Shown in pieces: positions 37,037 through 44,137 of a stretch of 64,000 nucleotides of DNA (its first letter is position 1; every line of letters starts with the position of its first letter). The translations under genes were made by a program, and so were the position numbers. The notes under the pieces are model-generated. The model searched no databases and had not been told where the DNA came from. It saw nothing but the letters and a program-made list of their open reading frames with translations. Source of the stretch: Acidimicrobiales bacterium. GTDB lineage: Bacteria; Actinomycetota; Acidimicrobiia; Acidimicrobiales; RAAP-2. The DNA is taken from NCBI GenBank assembly GCA_049513455.1, contig JBEKWB010000015.1, forward strand, positions 4,029 to 68,028, in the 5' to 3' direction.

Positions 37037-38182
37037 TCACTGCGGCCGGGCTCGTGGCAACCCCAGCCGGCGCTCGGCAATTATCTCGCGCATGACCTCG
37101 CTCACGCCGCCACCGATGAGGCGGACGGGGGAGTCGCGCAGGCAGTAGTTGAACCAGCCCCCTGACACCGTTCCCTCCTCCTCGAAGGGGATCACGGCGG
37201 CGGGGCCCACCATGGAGAAGAAGTCGGCTGCGGCCCGCGCATACGCTTCAGTTTCGAACAGCTTCGAACCCGGTCCCCAGCCCGGGTTCTTCTCTACGCC
37301 CGTGGCCGTCGCCCAGGCCGAGCGCTGGGCCAGCAGCGTGGCGACTTCGAGGTCGATGGCGGCCCGGGCGAGCCGCTCGCGGACGATCGGGTCATCGACC
37401 ATCCGGTCGCCGTCGGGCGCCTCCGACCGTTCGGCCCAGAGGATGGCTTGGCGCACCAGTTCGTGCAGGTCGGTGCTCCCTTCGCCCGCCTGTTCGCGTG
37501 AGAGCGCAACTTTCATCACGTCCCAACCACCGTCGACCTCGCCGATGCGGGCCGAGTCCGGTACGTGGACCTCGCGGTACAGGGTCATGTTCGTGTGGTG
37601 ATAGGCCAGCGTGTGCAGCGGGCGCACCTCCACGCCGGGGGCATCGATCGGTACGAGGAACACCGTGAGGCCCTTGTGCTTGGGGGCGTCGGTGTTCGTG
37701 CGGGTGAGCAGGAAGACGTGCGTCGCATGCTGGGCGTTGCTGGTGTAGATCTTCTCCCCGTTGATCACCCAGTGGTCGCCCTGGCGGACGGCACGAGTGC
37801 GGGCCGCGGCGAGGTCCGAGCCTGCGTCCGGCTCGGTGAGTCCGAGGGCGATCAGGTAGTCGCCCTCGCGCATCCGGGGCGCCACCTCGGCTTTTTGTTG
37901 CTCCGTCCCGATCTGCTCCAGGGTCTCGGCGATCATCCGGGTGGGTGCGTGGGTGGTGAGTTCGATGCCTGCCTGTGCAGCCTCCTGGAAGAACGCGCTG
38001 GTCTCGTAGGCGTCCCGGTCGGCCAGATGCTCGCGCTGCCAGCGCAGGACGGCTCGAAAGAACTCCTTGTCGTGCGGACGTTCGAAGCGGCGGCTCCGCA
38101 ACTCGTCGGGGTAGGCCTCGGCAAAGAAGGCCCGCACCTTGTCCCGGAAGTCGTCCGCCTGGGGCGGAACCGAGAACTCCAT
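37037..38182 (-). CDS. acyl-CoA dehydrogenase, alpha-type partner of 38182-39189
   Basis: 381-aa ORF with LTEPDAGSDLAAARTRA, WVINGEKIYTSNA and IGGGVSEVMREIIAERRLGLPRA. The start ATG shares one base with the upstream stop (TGATG). Confidence 0.9.
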   Translation of the reverse strand: MEFSVPPQADDFRDKVRAFFAEAYPDELRSRRFERPHDKEFFRAVLRWQREHLADRDAYETSAFFQEAAQAGIELTTHAPTRMIAETLEQIGTEQQKAEVAPRMREGDYLIALGLTEPDAGSDLAAARTRAVRQGDHWVINGEKIYTSNAQHATHVFLLTRTNTDAPKHKGLTVFLVPIDAPGVEVRPLHTLAYHHTNMTLYREVHVPDSARIGEVDGGWDVMKVALSREQAGEGSTDLHELVRQAILWAERSEAPDGDRMVDDPIVRERLARAAIDLEVATLLAQRSAWATATGVEKNPGWGPGSKLFETEAYARAAADFFSMVGPAAVIPFEEEGTVSGGWFNYCLRDSPVRLIGGGVSEVMREIIAERRLGLPRARPQ

Positions 38183-39189
38183 CAGCTGCTCCTCCGCTCA
38201 CCGAACATCCTCGTCGACAACGTTGCGAGCTCGGAGCGGGGGTCGCCGAGAGCCAGCGGCCAGGCGGCGGCACGCCGGAAGTACAGCTGGATGTCGTGCT
38301 CGAGCGTGTAGCCGATCCCGCCGTGAAAATGGAGGCACTCCGCGGTGACCCGCTGGGCCAGGCTCGTCGCGTACGAGTACGCCATTGAGGTGAGGCGCCC
38401 CGCGGCGTCATCGTCGCTGTCGATGGCCCAGGCCGCCTTGTGGACCAGAAAGCGGGCGCCGTCCAGGTCGTTGATCGAGTCGGCGAGGCGATGGGCCACG
38501 GTCTGGAACCAGCCGATCGGCACGCCGAAGGCCTTGCGCTCCTTCACGTAGGCCACCGTCATGCGGTGCGCTTCGCCGGCCAGCCCGACCAATGCCGCCG
38601 AGAGAAGAACCTTCCAGTCGTCGACGGCCAGCTCGAACACCGGGTGGGCTGGCGCGCCGGCGACCAGAACGGTCCGCCGGGTTCCCGGGTTTCTGGTGGC
38701 AATTGGGCTCGAGCCCAAGTTGCTGAGAAATCCCTCACCCGGTACGCCGGCGAGGTCGGTGAGCACCAGCGTGTCATTGATGAGGGCGACGGCGCCGTCG
38801 GCCACCGCACCCGCGCCGAGGAGGCGCAGCGATCCATCGCGTTCTGCTGGTCGCAAGGCGATCGTCACGATCCCCGACTCGGGGAGGTCGATACCCGCCC
38901 GGTCAAGCGCGCGGGCAGCCGTCACCGCTTCGAGCAACGGCACCGGAGCGAGTCGCCGTCCGTATTCCTCGGCCACGACGATCAGCTGGCTCATCGTCGC
39001 CGGGGCACCGTCGGTCGCCCCGCTCGACGCCATGTCCGGTATGCCGAGGTCACCGAGGCGTCGCCAGAGCTCGGAACTGAAACCGACCGGCTCGGCGGCG
39101 CGCACCGCGGCCGACGTGGCGTGGTCGTCGAAAAGACGGCCGACGGCCGCCTGCAACTCGCTCTGGTCGTCCGTGAGTGAAAAGTCCAT
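38182..39189 (-). CDS. acyl-CoA dehydrogenase family protein, short beta-type subunit candidate
   Basis: In-frame ATG at 39189 (MDFSLTDDQSELQAAVGRLFDDH..), 335 aa. Has AFGVPIGWFQTVAHRLAD and FHGGIGY. The C-terminus (QLYFRRAAAWPLAL) lacks the GGTxEIQ segment. Colinear with 11511-12548. Confidence 0.8.
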   Translation of the reverse strand: MDFSLTDDQSELQAAVGRLFDDHATSAAVRAAEPVGFSSELWRRLGDLGIPDMASSGATDGAPATMSQLIVVAEEYGRRLAPVPLLEAVTAARALDRAGIDLPESGIVTIALRPAERDGSLRLLGAGAVADGAVALINDTLVLTDLAGVPGEGFLSNLGSSPIATRNPGTRRTVLVAGAPAHPVFELAVDDWKVLLSAALVGLAGEAHRMTVAYVKERKAFGVPIGWFQTVAHRLADSINDLDGARFLVHKAAWAIDSDDDAAGRLTSMAYSYATSLAQRVTAECLHFHGGIGYTLEHDIQLYFRRAAAWPLALGDPRSELATLSTRMFGERRSS

Positions 39190-39222
39190 CGCCGCTCTTA
39201 TTTCGGACTTGTCCTCGCGTGA

Positions 39223-39236
39223 GTTGTCCGTACAGA
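39223..39236. promoter_or_regulatory. site of the recurrent palindrome: GTTGTCCGTACAGA (10/14, exact TGTCCGTACA core)
   Basis: In the ACAD-pair/APH-pair divergent region. An extra half-site CTTGTCC lies at 39208-39214. Confidence 0.45.
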
Positions 39237-39312
39237 TCGTGAAACTTATGCACTGTGCGCGCGCGGCGCAAGGACGCTGGGCTCCCTTGCCCATCCAGAT
39301 GGCCGAAACTAT

Positions 39313-39326
39313 GGTGTCCGTACAAC
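39313..39326. promoter_or_regulatory. site of the recurrent palindrome: GGTGTCCGTACAAC (10/14, exact TGTCCGTACA core)
   Basis: Second site in the same divergent region, 27 nt upstream of the preferred APH start codon. Confidence 0.45.
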
Positions 39327-39352
39327 TGATCTCCACGCGCAGACGAGGGACC

Positions 39353-40405
39353 ATGCCGATCGACGAACTCGCCCCTGCCCCCAACGATCTCAGTGAGGTG
39401 TTATCGCCGGCCTGGCTCAGCCGAGCGCTGCAGGGAGCCTTTCCCGGCGTGATCGTGGGTAACATCGAGGTAGTAGAGAGCCTCGAATCTACGGCGCGCA
39501 AGGTCCGCTTCACCGTCCGCTACACGGATACCGGCGGGCAGGACGCGCCGACGGCCTTCTGCGTCAAAGGATATTTCAACCCCGAGTACGTGCAGTTCGG
39601 TTCTACCGGTATCCACGAGGTCCACTTCTACGACCGCCTGGCGGGGCGCGTTCCCATCCAAGTGCCCACGGCGCGCTACACCGGCATTGATCCCGAGTCG
39701 CGGCACGGACTCGTCCTCATGGACGACATCGTGGCGAGGGGAGGGGAGTTCTTCGACCAGCTCGGCTGGTACGACTCCACCACGGTGCGGACGTCCGTGA
39801 CGGAGCTGGCCGGCCTGCACGCACGATTCTGGGAGGACATGCTGGCGGACGAGGAGTGGCTGGCGCCGAAAATCCGCAGGTTCCCGGGCTACATCAGCGA
39901 CGAAGTCCTGGACGACCTGCTCCGCGGCCCCCGGGCCGAGGGCCTCCCGGATTCGATGCGTGACGCGGCGCGGCTAAAGGCAGGGATGTTCGCTCTGGCG
40001 GATCGCTATGCGGGCAAGCCGCGTACGCTCTTGCACGCCGACCTCCACCTGGGCAACCTCTATCGTTCGGCTGACGGCCGCATCGGTTTCATCGACTGGC
40101 AGAACTACGAGTTCGGGCACTGGTCCATGGACGTGGCCTACCATCTCGGCACCGCTCTGCGGCCGTCCGTGCGGGCCGAGAGCGAGCGGAGCCTGCTGGA
40201 GTACTACCTGGAGCAGCTGGCCGAGCGGGGAGGTCCGGTGCTGGCGCGCCACGAGGCGTGGGAGGACTACCGGGCCGCCCTTCTCTACGGATACTTCCTG
40301 TGGGGGATGACCCGCCGCGTCGAACCACATATCACGGAGCAGCTGACCCAACGCCTCGGTCGGGCAGTCCTCGACCACGACAGCCTCGAGGTCCTGGGTG
40401 TCTGA
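39353..40405 (+). CDS. phosphotransferase (APH/choline-kinase-like) family protein
   Basis: In-frame ATG at 39353 (MPIDELAPAPNDLSEVLSPAWL..). Catalytic loop LLHADLHLGNL and IGFIDWQN. An alternative ATG at 39299 is possible. The 614-aa ORF-track version is antisense to the ACAD gene. Confidence 0.8.
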   Translation: MPIDELAPAPNDLSEVLSPAWLSRALQGAFPGVIVGNIEVVESLESTARKVRFTVRYTDTGGQDAPTAFCVKGYFNPEYVQFGSTGIHEVHFYDRLAGRVPIQVPTARYTGIDPESRHGLVLMDDIVARGGEFFDQLGWYDSTTVRTSVTELAGLHARFWEDMLADEEWLAPKIRRFPGYISDEVLDDLLRGPRAEGLPDSMRDAARLKAGMFALADRYAGKPRTLLHADLHLGNLYRSADGRIGFIDWQNYEFGHWSMDVAYHLGTALRPSVRAESERSLLEYYLEQLAERGGPVLARHEAWEDYRAALLYGYFLWGMTRRVEPHITEQLTQRLGRAVLDHDSLEVLGV

Positions 40406-41513
40406 CAGCCCCGGCGCTCCCGACTTCTCGCCACGCGCGTCTCCCCGGTTCGTCAAAGGACCACGCGATCCCGAAGAGACCCGCGTCGCCATCGAGCGGT
40501 GGTTGCGGGGTCGCCTACAGATGCCGGTTCAGGTCTCCGGCCTCGACATCCCCACCGGCGCCGGGGTGTCGAACGAGACCTTTTTGTTCCGGGCGCGCCG
40601 GGACGTGGACGGCCGCCCGATGGAGAGCGAGTACGTCCTGCGCCTCCACCCCTCGCCTGATTACCAGGTCTTCTTCGACCCGGAGTTCCGCATGCAGTTC
40701 GACCTGCTTAGTCGCCTCCGGGAGGTCAGTGACGTCCGGGTGCCCGAGGTGCATTGGTTCGAGGACGATCCTGCGACCTTCGGCCGGCCCTTCTTCGTGA
40801 TGGAGCGCAAGTACGGGCGGGTCCCGGTGAGCATCCCGCTCTACAACCGTGAGGGCTTCCTGGTCGACGCAACACCCGCCCAGCGACGGCGGGCCTGGGA
40901 AGGTGCAATCGGACAGATGGCGGCCATCCACTCCGTGCCCGTGACAGAAGTCGAGTTCCTCGACCGTCCGCAGTGGGGGGCAACCCCACTGGAGCAGCAA
41001 TTGACCTACTGGCAGAAGGCCGCCGAGTGGGGACTGGAGGACCACTACCTCTCCCAGCTCGACGAGATGATCGCCTGGCTACGGGCGAACCAGCCGGAAG
41101 CGATCGAACGCGGACTCTCATGGGGGGACGCGCGTCTCGGTAATTTGATGTTCGACGAGAGTTTCGATGTCGCAGCCGTGCTGGACTGGGAGCAGGCGTC
41201 ACTCATAGGGCCCACTGCCGACCTCGCCTGGTGGTTGTTCTTCGACGAGATGTTCAGCACCGGGCAGGGTGTCCCGCGGCTCGCCGGGATGGGCGACCGC
41301 GACGAGACGCTCGAATTGTGGAGTTCGTTGTCAGGCCGCATCCCCCACGACCTGCACTGGCACGAGGTCTTCGTCGGCTACAAAATGGCGAACCTGGCCA
41401 TACGTACGACCGTTGTGCTGGCGTCCGCTCGCGGCGCCGCGCCGGTCACGACGCTCAACATCGTCAATGGTGCCCTCGGGCGCCTGGACCTTCAGCCGGT
41501 CGAGAGTCTCTGA
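40398..41513 (+). CDS. phosphotransferase (APH-like) family protein
   Basis: 371-aa ORF with LSWGDARLGNLMF and VAAVLDWEQASL. 8-nt overlap with the upstream APH gene. Confidence 0.85.
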   Translation: MSDSPGAPDFSPRASPRFVKGPRDPEETRVAIERWLRGRLQMPVQVSGLDIPTGAGVSNETFLFRARRDVDGRPMESEYVLRLHPSPDYQVFFDPEFRMQFDLLSRLREVSDVRVPEVHWFEDDPATFGRPFFVMERKYGRVPVSIPLYNREGFLVDATPAQRRRAWEGAIGQMAAIHSVPVTEVEFLDRPQWGATPLEQQLTYWQKAAEWGLEDHYLSQLDEMIAWLRANQPEAIERGLSWGDARLGNLMFDESFDVAAVLDWEQASLIGPTADLAWWLFFDEMFSTGQGVPRLAGMGDRDETLELWSSLSGRIPHDLHWHEVFVGYKMANLAIRTTVVLASARGAAPVTTLNIVNGALGRLDLQPVESL

Positions 41514-41523
41514 AATCCCCTGC

Positions 41524-42927
41524 TCACAGCGAGTTTATCTGCGCCTGTTGCGCTGCGGTCAGTTGGACGAGACCCTTGGGATTGCAGTTCCAGATGGACT
41601 GGGTGGGCCGGGTGAGCGCCTTGTCGTAGACGATCCCCTTGGCTTCCACCCTGAGCATGGCGAAACATGGAGAGGGCTGGGGGTCCTCGTTGGACAGCGT
41701 CAATCGTGCAATGGGCGCCTGAATGCCTCCGGCGTCCCAGTTCTTCGTGGCTGTGGCGTGGCTCAGGACGCAGGTCACCGTGAGGCTGCTGCCGCAGGCC
41801 GAAGCCGATTTGGCCCACAGGAGCCACCCCAGTGCCCCGACCTCATTATCGAAGTCGATGGTGTCGCCCTTGGCGTATTTGTGCATGATGGTGACGAGCT
41901 CCTCCGTCGAGGGATTCTGCGCAGCCATCGTGAGTGGCCAAAACCCCGTATAGATGTAGACCGGGGGCAGGCTGGGGTTCGCAGCCACGGCTTGCTGCGT
42001 CTCAGAGTCGGCGAATTGGGGCCCCAATATGACGAAGGCGGGGTGGTACCCGGCCGTGGTCATCGCCTGGGCGAAGGGAGGGAAGTTGGAGGCGTCGGCC
42101 GGCCAGAGCGCCTGGACCCCCTTTTGCTGGTAGTCCTCGACGTAAGGTGCCCAGTTCTCGACCGAGACCGGGGGCTCGAGGAAGTCGACCACCTTCCAAC
42201 CCTCAGCCTCCGCTCCGAACTCGTCCTTCGTCTCCTCCTGGAGGACCGACGGGGTGTCGGCGCCACCCATGCCGGCCAACGTGACCGCCTTCGGGTAGGC
42301 CCGGGCCAACGCAGCGAACCACCCTGCGGTAACCGAGTTCGTGTTGGTGCCCCCTGGGTCGACCTGGTCGGAGGCAAGAATCGATGCATTCGAGACGACA
42401 TAGCCGGTGATCTGTCCCAGCCCGCACTTCTCACGGATCGGGACGGCTGACTCGTCGAGGGCCATGCCGCCGCCGACCGCCATGAAGTCGCTCTGGCAGG
42501 CCGCCGTTGCCTCTTGCGCCGCGTTGAACAGCGCCGCGTCGCGGTTGTCGATCACGATCTTACGCCCGTTGATGCCCCCCGCGGCGTTGCACCAGTCTGC
42601 GAACGCAGTGGCCTGCTGGACGAACTCCACCTCGAGTCCCGGTTGGATGGTGTTCGCGGCGTCGTTGAACACGGCGATGTTGACGGTCTTATCGCCCACA
42701 CCGCGCACCGAGGATGCACCGCCGGGTCCCGGTTCGCATATTTTGCCGACCCCGGGCCAGACGCCGTTCGAGGCGGCGCTCGACGCCAAAGTCCGGCTGG
42801 CCGACGTCGCCGCGCCAGCGGTGGTGGACGCCACGGCCACGAACGTCGCAGTGGCGGTGATGGTGGCCATGGCTATCTGCAGCACCGACCTTCGAAGTTT
42901 GCGTAACCCAGTGCAGGACAATTTCAC
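41524..42927 (-). CDS. secreted solute-binding protein, Leu/Ile/Val-type (PBP1) fold, 8 conserved Cys; paralog of 28264-29649
   Basis: 467-aa ORF. GTG start after AAAGGGGAGGG. Hydrophobic leader IAMATITATATFVAVAS. Long identical blocks with the other copy (GVWPGVGKICEPGPGGASSVRGVGDKT, FVQQATAFADWCNAAGGINGRKIVIDNRDAALFNAAQ). Confidence 0.85.
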   Translation of the reverse strand: MKLSCTGLRKLRRSVLQIAMATITATATFVAVASTTAGAATSASRTLASSAASNGVWPGVGKICEPGPGGASSVRGVGDKTVNIAVFNDAANTIQPGLEVEFVQQATAFADWCNAAGGINGRKIVIDNRDAALFNAAQEATAACQSDFMAVGGGMALDESAVPIREKCGLGQITGYVVSNASILASDQVDPGGTNTNSVTAGWFAALARAYPKAVTLAGMGGADTPSVLQEETKDEFGAEAEGWKVVDFLEPPVSVENWAPYVEDYQQKGVQALWPADASNFPPFAQAMTTAGYHPAFVILGPQFADSETQQAVAANPSLPPVYIYTGFWPLTMAAQNPSTEELVTIMHKYAKGDTIDFDNEVGALGWLLWAKSASACGSSLTVTCVLSHATATKNWDAGGIQAPIARLTLSNEDPQPSPCFAMLRVEAKGIVYDKALTRPTQSIWNCNPKGLVQLTAAQQAQINSL

Positions 42928-42971
42928 ACCCTCCCCTTTGAATCGGATCGCTCACCTATGGCCGGTCGGCC

Positions 42972-43889
42972 TCAGAATCCCATCTCTGACCACTGCCGCT
43001 GGATCTCGTTCAGTGCCTCTCGCACGCTGCTCTTGTTGCGTTCGCGCATGAAATTGAACTCGTCATCGCGCCAGACGACGTTGGTGAACAAGGGATGGGC
43101 GATGCTCGTCCAGGTGTCATAGGCCGTGATGCCGAGTAGCTCATAGAAGAGCTGCATGGAGCGGCGGCCCAGCATCAGGTTGTCTGTGGAGTGCCACGCC
43201 ACCATGCGCGCATAGCGGAGTGCTTCGTCCATCAGCTGCTCGGGAGGGACCACCGAGTCGACGACTCCCCATTGTTCGAGCTGGTCGGCCGTGAAAAGCC
43301 GGCCGGTCAGCAGCATCGACCGCGCCCGGTTGGGGCCCAGCTTCAGTGCGAGGAGCGGCCACCCCGGTGAGAAACCGGCAAATCCGATCCTCGACTCCGG
43401 CTCCCCGAAACGGGCCCCGGCGCCCGCGACGATCAGGTCGGATGAAATGGCGAAGTGAAAGCCCGCGGCGACACAGGGCCCGTTCACCGCGGCGATGACC
43501 GTCTTGTCACACTTGAGAAGGTTCGGCGCACCGAACGACGCCATACGCATCCGTCGCGACTGCGGCAACCTCTCGCCCGGTTTGAGTCCGGCGTCCTCGA
43601 CGGGCGTCCGTCGCAGGTCCACCCCGGCGCAGAACGAGTCGCCGGCACCGGTCAGGACGATCACCTTGATGTCGTCATCGTCCTCGGCTCGCTCGACCTT
43701 GCGCCGCAGCTCTAAGAAACTGTCGGGCGCCAGCATCGCGTTGCGCCGCTCCGGGCGGTTCAGCGTGATCACCGCGATGTGGGAATCGACTTTCTCGTAC
43801 AGCACGAGGTCGTCGATCTGTTCTGCAGTGAGGTTGGTGAGGCCGGCGTCCTGCGGCCGTCCGGGCGAATCCGGCTTGCTCTCCGTCAC
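42972..43889 (-). CDS. enoyl-CoA hydratase/isomerase family protein
   Basis: Preferred start is GTG 43889, after GGGGGA with a 6-nt spacer. Has ITLNRPERRNAM, LTGAGDSFCAGVD and AVNGPCVAAG. The ORF-track start at 43979 would place a palindrome site (43946-43959) inside the gene. Confidence 0.8.
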   Translation of the reverse strand: MTESKPDSPGRPQDAGLTNLTAEQIDDLVLYEKVDSHIAVITLNRPERRNAMLAPDSFLELRRKVERAEDDDDIKVIVLTGAGDSFCAGVDLRRTPVEDAGLKPGERLPQSRRMRMASFGAPNLLKCDKTVIAAVNGPCVAAGFHFAISSDLIVAGAGARFGEPESRIGFAGFSPGWPLLALKLGPNRARSMLLTGRLFTADQLEQWGVVDSVVPPEQLMDEALRYARMVAWHSTDNLMLGRRSMQLFYELLGITAYDTWTSIAHPLFTNVVWRDDEFNFMRERNKSSVREALNEIQRQWSEMGF

Positions 43890-43945
43890 GGTAGGTCCCC
43901 CATCGTCGGGCGAGGGTCTCGGCGAGCCGAGCGGATCGCCGTCAA

Positions 43946-43959
43946 TCTGTCCGGACAAT
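43946..43959. promoter_or_regulatory. site of the recurrent palindrome: TCTGTCCGGACAAT (11/14)
   Basis: Shares the 13-mer TGTCCGGACAATA with the site at 56709-56722. Lies between the ECH/SBP operon (minus) and the ADP-forming ligase (plus). Confidence 0.5.
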
Positions 43960-44085
43960 AACACGCCGGCATCGCCCAAAGTCCATGCGTCGCTTCATCA
44001 TCCTTGCGCTGAGCAGCGAGCTGTCGTGCCACGCGCAGGGTGGTGATGACCGCGCGGTCTGCCGGCCCAGTCGTCAAGCGACTTT

Positions 44086-44098
44086 GCGTCCGGACGTC
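44086..44098. promoter_or_regulatory. variant palindrome GCGTCCGGACGTC (core GTCCGGAC)
   Basis: 40 nt upstream of GTG 44138. Shares only the central 8-mer with the main motif. Confidence 0.3.
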
Positions 44099-44137
44099 CT
44101 GCTGACTCTAGAATACTAGGGAAAAGGGGAGGAAGCA

